64,000 nt of DNA from Casimicrobiaceae bacterium (GCA_037719965.1 JBBJMT010000013.1:26805-90804); one strand, 5' to 3'; shown: positions 1 through 9,486, numbered from the stretch's first letter. Made by a program: numbers and translations. Notes: generated from the sequence alone by a model not told the origin.

Positions 1-508
1 CGAGAAAACGGTCATCGATGTGCAGCGCGACGACGCGCCCGATGACCACGCTGCTGCGGCGCTCGCCTGGGCCGGTCGGTTCGATGTCGATGATGCGGAC
101 GACGTTGCATTCCAGGTTGACTGGAGACTCGGCAACCCGCGGCGGCTTGACTTTGCGCGACGGCGCCTTGGTCAGATGCGCAAGTGCGAATTCGTCGATG
201 CCATGGGGGGCTGTCGCCGATGTGAGATTCATGCGCTCGCGCAAATCGTAGTTCACGAAATTCGCGACGAATTCACCGCTCGCGCGCGCATTGGCGAGCG
301 TGTCCTTCTCGCCGCGGTCTTCCGGGGCGTTGCCCGCGAACATCACCATTGGTGGGGTGGCGGAGATTCCGTTGTAATAGGAAAACGGCGCGAGATTGAC
401 GAGCCCTGCGTCGCTTATCGTGCTGATCCAGCCAATCGGCCGTGGTGCGACGATGGCGTTGAAAATCGTATTCTTGTACGTCGCGAAGTCGGACGGCTCG
501 AGATACAT
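1..508 (-). CDS. Flavin reductase family protein (FMN-binding split barrel), 3' end outside the window
   Basis: Absent from the ORF track; manual translation from ATG at 508 gives MYLEPSDFATYKNTIFNAIVAPRPIGWISTISDAGLVNLAPFSYYN...KDTLANARASGEFVANF...RVAESPVNLEC, with the typical PRPIGWIST/NLAPFS/ESPVNLEC motifs. Confidence 0.9.
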   Translation of the reverse strand, partial: MYLEPSDFATYKNTIFNAIVAPRPIGWISTISDAGLVNLAPFSYYNGISATPPMVMFAGNAPEDRGEKDTLANARASGEFVANFVNYDLRERMNLTSATAPHGIDEFALAHLTKAPSRKVKPPRVAESPVNLECNVVRIIDIEPTGPGERRSSVVIGRVVALHIDDRFL

Positions 509-522
509 AAGGAACGATAAAT

Positions 523-1422
523 CTACAAAAGCCCCGCACGCTGCAACACGCCGTCCAGACGTTTTTCCAGTTCGGGCGCGGCGGGTAGCATCGGCAATCG
601 GTGCTCGTTGTTCTTCAGGAGGCCTAAGCGCCGCATCATGTATTTCATCGGAATGGGATTTGTGTCGAAGAAGACGGCAAGGTTCAATTCATGTAGGTCA
701 AAGTGCAGCGCACGGCCACGCTCGAGATCGCCGTCGCGCACGGCGGTGCACAGCGCCGCGATCTTGCCTGGAACGAGGTTCGCGACGGCGTTCATCGTAC
801 CCACCGCTCCTAGCGCCATCATCGGGAAGGTGAACTCCTCGAGCCCAACGAACACGCGGAAGTCAGGTCCGAAACGGACGAGCATCTGCGTGACCAAGCC
901 GAAATCGTTGACCGCATGTTTGATGCCGACGAAATGCGGCACGACTTCGGCAATGGCTTCGAGTGTCGCGAGTTCGACGCTGACGGCCGTGCGGCCGGGA
1001 ATGTGGTAGATCATGAGCGGCAGATTGGTGCGCCGGCCCAAGTCAGTGTAGTACGCGACGAGCCCGCGCTGCGGCGGCCGGACGTAATACGGTGTGACGA
1101 TGAGCAGTGCATCGACACCGGCGCGTTGCGCGTGCTCCGTCAACGTCACGGTCTCGGCGTGCGACTGCGATCCGGTTGCCGCGATCACCGGAATGCGCCC
1201 GCGGCAAACCTGGACGGCAACATCCACCAGGCGGTTGCGCTCGTCGAGCGTAAGCGTTGAGGGCTCCGACGTCGTGCCGTTGACGACGACCCCGTGGGTT
1301 CCGTTGGCGACCTGGAATTCGAGCAGCTTGGCGTAGGCCTCGTAGTCGACCGCGCCATTCAGGAAAGGGGTGACGATTGGGGGCGCCGAGCCGATCAACT
1401 GGTTCGGCGCGAGTTGGATCAT
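523..1422 (-). CDS. DapA-family class I aldolase/lyase, closer to catabolic HpaI/PhdJ-type hydratase-aldolases than to biosynthetic DapA
   Basis: PPIVTPF, NGTTSE, IVTPYY, YHIPGRT and the Schiff-base Lys in GIKH; start overlaps the stop of the upstream cupin gene. Confidence 0.8.
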   Translation of the reverse strand: MIQLAPNQLIGSAPPIVTPFLNGAVDYEAYAKLLEFQVANGTHGVVVNGTTSEPSTLTLDERNRLVDVAVQVCRGRIPVIAATGSQSHAETVTLTEHAQRAGVDALLIVTPYYVRPPQRGLVAYYTDLGRRTNLPLMIYHIPGRTAVSVELATLEAIAEVVPHFVGIKHAVNDFGLVTQMLVRFGPDFRVFVGLEEFTFPMMALGAVGTMNAVANLVPGKIAALCTAVRDGDLERGRALHFDLHELNLAVFFDTNPIPMKYMMRRLGLLKNNEHRLPMLPAAPELEKRLDGVLQRAGLL

Positions 1423-2543
1423 CCTGGCATCCGATTGGTCGCGAATCCGCGCTCACGGCCCAGCACCGCCGCGGGGTGCTTCAAGCTTTCCTGCCACAGC
1501 AGCGATTCCATGTAGATATTGAGCGGCTGATCCTGCACCGTCAGCTCGTACACATAGTCGTCGTACGATGCATGATTGTGCACGGCCCACCCCGGCGCCG
1601 ACAGCATCAAATCGCCGGCCTTCCATTCGTACCGATTGCCCGCGACGATGCTGTAGCCGCGTCCGGAGAAGTAATAGTTGATCGCGGCGGAGACGTGCCG
1701 GTGCGGGCGATCGATGATGCCGGGCGGGCGAATAGTCATCGTCGCAAAAAAATTCGGCGTGATGCCGTTGGTGCGCCCCGTCATCGGGTTGTAGTACATA
1801 TAAAGCCGGCGTCCGACGTACTGCTTGCCTAGAGCTTCGAGCTTGTCGAGCTCGGGTTTCACCTTCTCCCACGGAAAATACAATACCTTCGAGGCAGCGA
1901 CCGGCGGATTGATCAGCACCTCGTAGGGCATCAACAAGCCGCCGTCATCGGTAACGGCAAACATGCCGAAGGGATTGTTGCGCCGCAGATCGGCGTTGTC
2001 TTCTTCGTCCATCGCGGCACTCTCCACGTTGGTATCCGGCGGGGTCGCGCCATCCTCGCAGATATAAACCTGCATGTGCTGCAGCAGCGGCACGTTTGAA
2101 TAGGTCAATCGTACCTGCAGCTCGGTGCCCGGGTTCGCGTGCGTGTAAGACGTGTACGACGGGTGATTCCAGACATCGTATTGGCCGAATTCGATCGTGC
2201 GTTCGTCGACGTTGCAGACGCCGGAACCTTTGATGCAAAAATTGATCTCGGTTGCGTTGTGGCGCATCGGCAGCGATGTCTCGTCCGGCTTGAGCACCGA
2301 TAGCTTGACTTGAATGCCCGGCGCCAAGCCGGGTGCGTTGGGCGCGGCCAACGGGTGCGCGATCAGTGCCTCGCGCCGCCCGCTCGAAGGCACCGGTGCG
2401 CTCGCCAGCCGTTCGATTTCGGCGTCGATTGCTTCCTTGGCGACAACGACCGGCGGCCACGTTGTATTGAGCGGCGGCTCACGATCCGTGACGTCGATGA
2501 ACTGTCCCTGGTACGGTGCGAAATGTTGGCGAAAATCGTTCAT
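1419..2543 (-). CDS. Bicupin, gentisate 1,2-dioxygenase-like ring-cleavage dioxygenase
   Basis: Two cupin repeats (PMRHNATEINFCIKGSG...YTHAN and RPHRHVSAAINYYFSGRG...GWAVHNH) plus the LYMYYNPMTG and VQDQPL segments typical of the GDO family. Confidence 0.8.
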   Translation of the reverse strand: MNDFRQHFAPYQGQFIDVTDREPPLNTTWPPVVVAKEAIDAEIERLASAPVPSSGRREALIAHPLAAPNAPGLAPGIQVKLSVLKPDETSLPMRHNATEINFCIKGSGVCNVDERTIEFGQYDVWNHPSYTSYTHANPGTELQVRLTYSNVPLLQHMQVYICEDGATPPDTNVESAAMDEEDNADLRRNNPFGMFAVTDDGGLLMPYEVLINPPVAASKVLYFPWEKVKPELDKLEALGKQYVGRRLYMYYNPMTGRTNGITPNFFATMTIRPPGIIDRPHRHVSAAINYYFSGRGYSIVAGNRYEWKAGDLMLSAPGWAVHNHASYDDYVYELTVQDQPLNIYMESLLWQESLKHPAAVLGRERGFATNRMPG

Positions 2544-2576
2544 CGCGTTACTCCTTTGTTGAACCTAGTGTGCGAA

Positions 2577-3164
2577 TTAACGTTGATCCCTGACCGGCGC
2601 CCCATCTCCTTCGAACCCATCGGCAAAGATGGAGGGGACCGGAGCCGCGAGACGTAGCGTGTTGACGGCGATCGCGTGCGTCACATAACGGCCGATCAGC
2701 AATACTACGGCGATTGCCTCTGCGGATGAGAGCAGCCCTGCCATTGCCTCGAATTCTATCGTGGCTTGACGCCCACCTGTGTTAACAGCAGCGATAGCGT
2801 AGCGTTGAACCGCGCGCTCGGCCTCGTTCATCAGATGCGCTCCCTCCGGATCCAGCCGTTCGACCTCGGCAATCCAATTGTGCCCATAACCCAAGCGCAC
2901 CGACAGCCGCTCATGCTGATTGCGTTCATATTGATTTTCGAGAAGGCTCGCAACGGTCAGAACGATCGTTTCCGTCAGGCGATCGGGCAATGCCTCCTTG
3001 AGCGCGTCGGTAAACCGGATGAACGCAAGCAACGCCGCAGGAGCGTGCGCGGCGCGCTTGAACCATTCGCCCAGATACCCGAGCCGAGAGACGCGAGGCT
3101 GCAAATAGCCTGCGAGCTCGGGATGCATTGCGTGCAGTTCCAGCGGGGGAAGCGCTTGAGCCAT
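2577..3164 (-). CDS. Carboxymuconolactone decarboxylase/AhpD-like protein
   Basis: Start moved to ATG 3164 (MAQALPPL); LPDRLTETIVLTVA...YERNQHERLSVRLG...EAERAV pattern of CMD-like helical proteins. Confidence 0.7.
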   Translation of the reverse strand: MAQALPPLELHAMHPELAGYLQPRVSRLGYLGEWFKRAAHAPAALLAFIRFTDALKEALPDRLTETIVLTVASLLENQYERNQHERLSVRLGYGHNWIAEVERLDPEGAHLMNEAERAVQRYAIAAVNTGGRQATIEFEAMAGLLSSAEAIAVVLLIGRYVTHAIAVNTLRLAAPVPSIFADGFEGDGAPVRDQR

Positions 3165-3349
3165 ACAGGGAAGGTTGTTAGCGACGAAGCGGAGCCTACG
3201 CCGCCGCTGCGGCCGGATCAATCCTGATGCGCAGATCCTAAAGAAGGGCGAAAGACGCTGTTCTGTTGCCGCTCGCCGCTCGCGTCCCTTCGACACTGAC
3301 GGCAGGGCGTACCATTTCTCCCGTCGGAATATCCTACCGTAGATGATCA

Positions 3350-3661
3350 ATGGATACATGGATCGAAGTCATGGCAGCGGACGCCATTGAGCCGGACAAC
3401 GCGGTCGGTGTCGTCATCAATGGTCGCGACATAGCGATCTACAACGACGGCGGCGAATTCTTCGCCACCGATAATATCTGTACGCATGCCCAAGCGTTCC
3501 TGTGCGACGGCTTTCTTGAAAATGGCGAAATCGAGTGCCCGCTGCACCAGGCTCGCTTCGACATTCGCACCGGAAAAGTCATGCGGGAGCCGGCGATCGA
3601 CGACATAGAGACCTTCCCGGTGAAAGTCGAAGCAGGAAGAGTCTTCGTGAAAATCGAATAA
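3350..3661 (+). CDS. Rieske [2Fe-2S] ferredoxin of the ring-hydroxylating oxygenase type
   Basis: DNICTHAQAFL...IECPLHQARFDIRTG (CxH...CxxH). Confidence 0.93.
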   Translation: MDTWIEVMAADAIEPDNAVGVVINGRDIAIYNDGGEFFATDNICTHAQAFLCDGFLENGEIECPLHQARFDIRTGKVMREPAIDDIETFPVKVEAGRVFVKIE

Positions 3662-3685
3662 AACACCGGGCGATCGAAGGCATCG

Positions 3686-3756
3686 ATTAAGACTACTCTC
3701 GACGCTGCCGGCCGGATTGTCATCCCCAAATCGTTGCGCCAAGCTCTAGGTTTGCG
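3686..3756 (+). pseudogene. Remnant of the N-terminus of an AbrB/MazE/SpoVT-type antitoxin
   Basis: Reads ATT-KTTLDAAGRIVIPKSLRQALGL, matching the AbrB motif (xTIDxxGRIVIPKxxRxxLG); start codon is ATT instead of ATG and similarity stops after LGL. Confidence 0.65.
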
Positions 3757-3864
3757 CAAATTGGCATGTTTAATAAGCGGTCATAGCCGAGACTTCACCT
3801 GACGGCGCAGAAAATCCGGCGTAGCATGCATTCTTGTCTTAAGTAACCAAGATGGTTGTGAACG

Positions 3865-4611
3865 ATGAACACACCACTCTCGACACGACGCGACCTGCTG
3901 CACCGCTTGCCACTGCTTCTCCCGCTGCTCTTCGCCGTCCTGCTCGCCGGATGCGGGCAGCGCCATGCGGTCGTCCCTGACCGCAACGGTGAGCCATTGA
4001 TGCTGCTGGGCCATGATCCGGTTGCGTACTTCACAGTCGGCAAAGCGATTCGCGGCAGTCCCGACATCGTTGCGCGGCACGAGGGCTCCACCTACTACTT
4101 CGTGAGCGAACAGCATCGCGCCATGTTCATGCAGGCGCCGGCCAAATACGTTCCGCAGTACGGCGCTTTCTGCGCCAGCGGCGCGGCATACGGCGTGAAA
4201 CTCGGCAGCGATCCGACCGAATTTCGCATCGTCGATGGGCGACTCTTTGTTTTCGGCGACGTGCTGGGTCGCGAATACTGGCTGATGGATCCCAAGTGGC
4301 ATATCGAGAAAGCCGATGCGTTGTGGCCAGAGACCGGTGCGTACGGCCACCGCTACCAATCGCTCAAGCGATTCGCGTTCAAGGTGCCCTGGTACAAGAA
4401 TGGGAAACAGGTGCACGACGAGTGGCAGACCGCGCATCCCGGCGCCAAAGTCGACTACGACCCGGGCGGTGTGTTTACCAATCTTTTCGTCAAGTATCCG
4501 GGTTGGCGTGCACGCGAAGGGTACGGGCAGCCCGCGCTCGGCCTGGTCGGCGTCGATCCTTGCCCGCCAGCGTGCGCCGGTGTGGAATCGAAGGGCTACG
4601 CCGCCCAATAA
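3865..4611 (+). CDS. YHS-domain lipoprotein with C-terminal extension
   Basis: Lipobox LLAGC; GHDPVAYF...YYFVSEQHRAMF...PAKYVPQYGAFCA...IVDGRLFVF. Confidence 0.75.
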   Translation: MNTPLSTRRDLLHRLPLLLPLLFAVLLAGCGQRHAVVPDRNGEPLMLLGHDPVAYFTVGKAIRGSPDIVARHEGSTYYFVSEQHRAMFMQAPAKYVPQYGAFCASGAAYGVKLGSDPTEFRIVDGRLFVFGDVLGREYWLMDPKWHIEKADALWPETGAYGHRYQSLKRFAFKVPWYKNGKQVHDEWQTAHPGAKVDYDPGGVFTNLFVKYPGWRAREGYGQPALGLVGVDPCPPACAGVESKGYAAQ

Positions 4612-4695
4612 AGCGCCCAAACGGACGGCACGCTGCCGCGGGCGCGAGAAAAATCGACAACGGATCGCGATCGGCGCGGGCCGCTCCGAATCGCT

Positions 4696-5481
4696 TTAGC
4701 GTTGGGCCAGAAACTGCGCGATGCCGTTCCAGAAGAGGTTCGATGCGCCAAGCGTGTTGTGATCTTCGCGCGGCACCGAGAGCCACGTCTTCGGCCCTGC
4801 CCATGCGTCGAACAGCGCACGCGAACGATTCACTGGAATGATGGAATCCATTTCGGCGATGATCGCAAGCAGCGGCATCTGATTTTGTCTCGCGGCATCA
4901 ACCGTGTCGAAGCGGTGCCGCAATAGCAGCGACACCGGCAACCACGGATAGTGCTTCTGGCCAATCGCCGCGAGGCTATCGAAAGGTGAGACCAGCACCG
5001 CGCCGTTGATGCGTCGCTTCGCGGCAACGTGCGTCGCGAGGGCGGTGCCAAGGCTGCGCCCGAATACGACGATGCGTGCCCCGTCGATGTCATCGCGCTG
5101 TGCGACCGCATCGTAGATCGCCAGCGCATCCGTGGTGAGTTCGCGCTCTCCTGGCGCACCCTCGCTCGCGCCGTAACCGCGGTAATTGATGGCAACAATC
5201 GACCACTCGCGCGGCCACCGTGCATCCGCCAGCGTCCACGAAACTTCCTCGGCATTGCCGCCGAAATAGATGACCGCGGGGGCACGCGCGGCGGCGCTTC
5301 TGACAATCCAGCCGCGCAAGCGAATGCCATCCGAGGCGACTATTTCCAACCCGACGGCACGCGCCGGAAGGTGAGTCGTCGCGGTAATTGGCTGCGGGAA
5401 AAAAATCAGACGCTCCTGCCCCAGCCACGCTGCCGCCGGCACTCCTAACGCCAATACGGCAGCGAGAATGAGCCATTCCAT
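4696..5481 (-). CDS. Membrane-anchored alpha/beta hydrolase (ABHD13/Bem46-like)
   Basis: YFGGNAEE, NYRGYGAS, nucleophile elbow GRSLG, EDHN; start taken at MEWLIL. Confidence 0.85.
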   Translation of the reverse strand: MEWLILAAVLALGVPAAAWLGQERLIFFPQPITATTHLPARAVGLEIVASDGIRLRGWIVRSAAARAPAVIYFGGNAEEVSWTLADARWPREWSIVAINYRGYGASEGAPGERELTTDALAIYDAVAQRDDIDGARIVVFGRSLGTALATHVAAKRRINGAVLVSPFDSLAAIGQKHYPWLPVSLLLRHRFDTVDAARQNQMPLLAIIAEMDSIIPVNRSRALFDAWAGPKTWLSVPREDHNTLGASNLFWNGIAQFLAQR

Positions 5482-5571
5482 ACCGTTGCGCCACTTATCG
5501 CGCCACCCTCGCGGTGGTTGGTCCGCCATCGTGAAATTATAGGTGCGGTTGCCCTGCTTCGCCGTGTCCGG

Positions 5572-7134
5572 TCAGAAGTCTCCGCTAGCTTTCTCTTTGT
5601 AAGCGTCGCGCAACTCGCGCTTGAGCACCTTGCCGATAGCGCTGCGCGGGAGAGCCTCCATCGTCTCCACCGCGGCCAACCGCTGGATCTTGCCGAGCTT
5701 CGCATTCGCCCATTGCCGCAATTGCTCGGCATCAAGCAGCGCGCCCTTCTTCGCGACCACGAACGCCACTGGGGTCTCGCCCCATCGCGTCGACGGCACG
5801 CCGACGACGGCAACCTCGGCGACGTCGGCATGCTGGCGAATGACCGCCTCGAGATCGCTCGGGTAGATGTTGAAACCGCCCGAGATGACCATGTCCTTTT
5901 TGCGGTCCAGCAGCACGAGGAAGCCATCGTCGTCAAAGCGGCCGATGTCACCGGTGCGGAAGAAGCGCTTGCCGGTTCGATCGAACCATTCGGCTTCCGC
6001 CGTCCGGGCCGGCTGCCCATGATAGCCGGTCATCATCGCACCCGAATGGCCGACCACTTCGCCGATTTCGTCGCGCGGCACCTCGCGCCCGGCATCGTCG
6101 ATCAGGCGAATGTCGTGTCCCGGGGCGGGGCGGCCGACGGTGTGCAGTTTGTCCGGATTCTCTTGGGCGAAAAGAACGGCCGTACCCCCACCTTCGGTCA
6201 TTCCGTAAAACTCGACGAGGCCGCCCGGCCAGCGCCGCAATACATCGGCTTTGAGAGCCGCGGCGAACGGCGCGCTGGTACAGAGCTTGATTTGAAAGGA
6301 CGAGAGGTCGTAGCGTTCGAAATTTGCGAGCGCCATGATGCGCTGGTACTGTACGGGCACTAGCATCGTGTGTGTAACACGGTGTTGCTCGGCCAGTGCC
6401 AGATACCCCGCGGCATCGAACTTCCCCATCAACACCACCGCGCCTCCCAGCGCCAGCGTCGGGAAGACGCATACCAGCGTCGTGTTCGAGTAAAGCGGTG
6501 TGGCGATTAACGTCACGCAGTCAGGACCATAGCCGTACAACCGTCCGCGCTGAATTTGCGACCAGCGCATCGCGTGCGGTTGCGCGATGCCTTTCGGAGT
6601 TCCAGTGGTGCCGGACGAATAGATGATGTTGAACGGCCACTCGGGCTCGATCATCACAGGCTGCGGTTTCGCGTCAACGTCTACTAACCAGGACTGCAAC
6701 GATTCGCCGGTGGTGGAGCCATCAAGTGCGATGCACGTTGCCGCGATCGCAGCGCGCATAGGCGCGATGGTCGTCGCTGCTGCCTCGTCGAGAAAGAGGT
6801 GTCGCGCGCCGGCATCAGCCACCATTTCGACGAGACTCTCGACTGTCGTCGACGGGGCCAGCAGCGCCACGGCGACGCCCGAGCGCAAGGCGCCGAGAAA
6901 GATGACCGCGTATTCGATTGAGTTCGCGCTGCAGATAGCGATAGCGGCACCGGGGTCCGCGCCGTCGCGTTGCAGCGTCGCGACGACGCGGTCCATCAGT
7001 GCGTCGAGATCACCGTAGTCGAGCGTGCGGCCTTCCTGTACCAGCGCCACATGCCGCGGCGCGCGCTCCGCATGGATGCGTATCAAGTCGGTAAGAGTAC
7101 CGAAGTCCCGTGCGAGGAGGTCTGCGAAAGCCAT
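5572..7134 (-). CDS. Class I adenylate-forming acyl-CoA synthetase
   Basis: IIYSSGTTGTPKG, YGMTEG, TGDIG, DRKKDMVISGG, PRSAIGKVLK. Confidence 0.92.
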   Translation of the reverse strand: MAFADLLARDFGTLTDLIRIHAERAPRHVALVQEGRTLDYGDLDALMDRVVATLQRDGADPGAAIAICSANSIEYAVIFLGALRSGVAVALLAPSTTVESLVEMVADAGARHLFLDEAAATTIAPMRAAIAATCIALDGSTTGESLQSWLVDVDAKPQPVMIEPEWPFNIIYSSGTTGTPKGIAQPHAMRWSQIQRGRLYGYGPDCVTLIATPLYSNTTLVCVFPTLALGGAVVLMGKFDAAGYLALAEQHRVTHTMLVPVQYQRIMALANFERYDLSSFQIKLCTSAPFAAALKADVLRRWPGGLVEFYGMTEGGGTAVLFAQENPDKLHTVGRPAPGHDIRLIDDAGREVPRDEIGEVVGHSGAMMTGYHGQPARTAEAEWFDRTGKRFFRTGDIGRFDDDGFLVLLDRKKDMVISGGFNIYPSDLEAVIRQHADVAEVAVVGVPSTRWGETPVAFVVAKKGALLDAEQLRQWANAKLGKIQRLAAVETMEALPRSAIGKVLKRELRDAYKEKASGDF

Positions 7135-7264
7135 GCGTTGTCATAAGCCCCGGTGTGGTCGGCTCGCTGTGTCTGATGATGACCGGAAGCGGTCGTTAAA
7201 TGTCGTATTTCGGCCCCCAAAACTCCAATAGGAAGCGCCACTCGCCGGAGCAACACCGGCGACG

Positions 7265-8479
7265 TCAGGCGAGGTGCACCGTTCCGGGGGAGGGCAAGCC
7301 GATCGATTTCTTGAGAACTACGCGGTAGCTCGCGAGGTCGGCGTCGCGGTAGAGGCAGTTCGCGACAGCCCAGAGATAGAGCTGGAACGACCTCACCACC
7401 TTCTCGCCGAACTTCCGGGCGAGCTCCGCACTCGCAGCGTCGAGTCTTTCGGCCCACGCCTTGGTGGTGAGGAAGTAGCTATGCCGGTCGTTGTGAATCG
7501 CGATAATCTCGAAGGGAACGTCGTTGGTGGCGGCGATCAGCTTGTGCATGACGACCGGGCTGTGATCACCCTGAAACACATGCCGGTGCGTGAACGTGCT
7601 GATCGCGTATTTCTTTCGGGTCGCGACGAAATCCAGGTACACATAGCCGCCCGGCTTGAGCAGTGTGTCGAAATGACGCATCAGCCGCTGATATTCGGGC
7701 AAATGCTCCATCACTCCCAGCGCGACGATCGCGTCGAAGCGCTGGGGAGATTTGTGGTCAAAGATGCTTTCCAACCTGGGCGTGAGCCGCCCGTTGTAGG
7801 GCTCTTCCGCGCTCAGTTTCGAAAGGTAAGCGAATTGTTCTTTCGACAACGTAAGCATGGTCACGTCGTTTCCCCGGCTCGCGGCGAACCTGGAAAATGA
7901 ACCCCAGCCGGCGCCGAGATCAAGCACTTTGGACCCTGGCCCGAGGCGGCAGGTGTCGCAAATGTAGTTCAACTTGTTTTCGGCCGCTTCTTCGAGACTC
8001 TCGTCCCCGGTACGATAGAGCGCCTGCGAATAGAGCCGGTGGCGCTTGTCGAGAAAAGTCCAGTAGAACTCATTGCCGAGATCGTAGTGCGTGGCGATGG
8101 CTTTCTTGTCGGTCTTTTTTCTTCCCGCGAGCAACGGTTGCAGGAAACGCATCAATGACAGGACGGGGTGATCGTCGGAGAACAGTCTGCGGAGCTCGAA
8201 CGCCTGCAGGAAATCGCCTTCGAGGTCGAGGTCCGAGTTCACGTACGCGTCGGCGATCGCATATTCGTCCAACGACACGAGAGCCCGCGATCCGAGTTGG
8301 TTGCGGACATGGACCTTGAATGCCGGAGGCGTCTCCGATCCGTATCGATTGCCTTCGTTGCGGAACTTGTGGACCTCGCCGCCAGGCAACGTGAGATCGA
8401 ATGCGGCCGCGCCTTTTTTCGCCAAGTGGCGCCGGAATGTCGACACTAAGCGCTGTTGTTGTTCTCCCTGAATCGACAC
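7265..8479 (-). CDS. Cyclopropane-fatty-acyl-phospholipid synthase family SAM methyltransferase
   Basis: IATHYDLGNEFY, LEEAAENKL, VLDLGAGWGS, GVMEH. Confidence 0.85.
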   Translation of the reverse strand: MSIQGEQQQRLVSTFRRHLAKKGAAAFDLTLPGGEVHKFRNEGNRYGSETPPAFKVHVRNQLGSRALVSLDEYAIADAYVNSDLDLEGDFLQAFELRRLFSDDHPVLSLMRFLQPLLAGRKKTDKKAIATHYDLGNEFYWTFLDKRHRLYSQALYRTGDESLEEAAENKLNYICDTCRLGPGSKVLDLGAGWGSFSRFAASRGNDVTMLTLSKEQFAYLSKLSAEEPYNGRLTPRLESIFDHKSPQRFDAIVALGVMEHLPEYQRLMRHFDTLLKPGGYVYLDFVATRKKYAISTFTHRHVFQGDHSPVVMHKLIAATNDVPFEIIAIHNDRHSYFLTTKAWAERLDAASAELARKFGEKVVRSFQLYLWAVANCLYRDADLASYRVVLKKSIGLPSPGTVHLA

Positions 8480-8545
8480 ATCGCCCCCTTTTTTTGTCTT
8501 CGAATTCCTATTCCCCCGGTTCGCGCTTTTAGCGAACTCGCTCGG

Positions 8546-9169
8546 TCAATCGATCATACTATCCCGGGACTGACCAATCGCGCCTGCCGCCGCGTCCAGC
8601 TCGTCAACGAGTGCCTTGCTTTTTTCTCGAGTGCTGTCGCGCCCTGCTCCTTCGCGATCGCGACGGCGCACGCGCGAGTTCGGATGCGTATGCGCATCGA
8701 GCAGCAGCAGGGCGTCGTGTCGCTTGTCGTGCGCGACGACCGTAAAGTTGCGCAGCGCGCTCTCGGCGAATTTCAGATTCCTCGCGTTCTTCGCCGGCAG
8801 CGAAGACAGAAATCTGCCGATGTCTTCCTCGTTGTAGGGCAGTTGCCGCTGGGCGATTCGGCGCAGTCTAGCCCGCAAGCCGGGGGCGTTCATCGTCGAG
8901 CGAATGATCCGATCGAAGTCTCGTCCCGCCGCGTCGTCGAACAGCGAGCATTGGGCGAGGACATAAAACCACACAATCGCCGCGCCGCCGCTCATGCCGT
9001 AGATCGCCGCGAATTCGGACAATTCGTTCAACGAGAAGTTTTTCAGAAACGAATAGTAGTGCCAGGCGTTGAGGCCAGTGCCCCGGAAGACAAGCACCGA
9101 GCGCTTCCGCCATTCCCCCGCGCGAAGCCTTGCCACATATTCCTTCGTGGTCTTCGCTTCTGCCGCCAT
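8546..9169 (-). pseudogene. Patatin-like phospholipase fragment, apparently truncated
   Basis: VLVFRGTG followed by GMSGGA (GxSxG); no downstream DGG motif and the tail looks off-frame. Confidence 0.45.
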
Positions 9170-9486
9170 ATTGAAAGTCCCCGCGAGACGTCCAAAGCTG
9201 CTTGAAAAGCCGGGAAAAGTATATATGAGACCGCTGCCCGCTCCAGAGCGAGGCTGACGCGACAGGGCGCGCGCGGCTCCTTTCGACGGAAATCGGCTGC
9301 GCAAGTTTGGGCGCCCGGCCATCGTGGGTCACGCACGATACAATGATTGAAGGAATGAGGGATCGAATCGTCCCTTCGAATAAACTCGTTGCGCGACTGT
9401 CGCGTGGTCAAGCAGCGACGAAACAGGTGCGACGTCGAAGCCACGGTCGCTCTAGTTAAGCGCAACGAGCACTCGCGAATTAGCGG

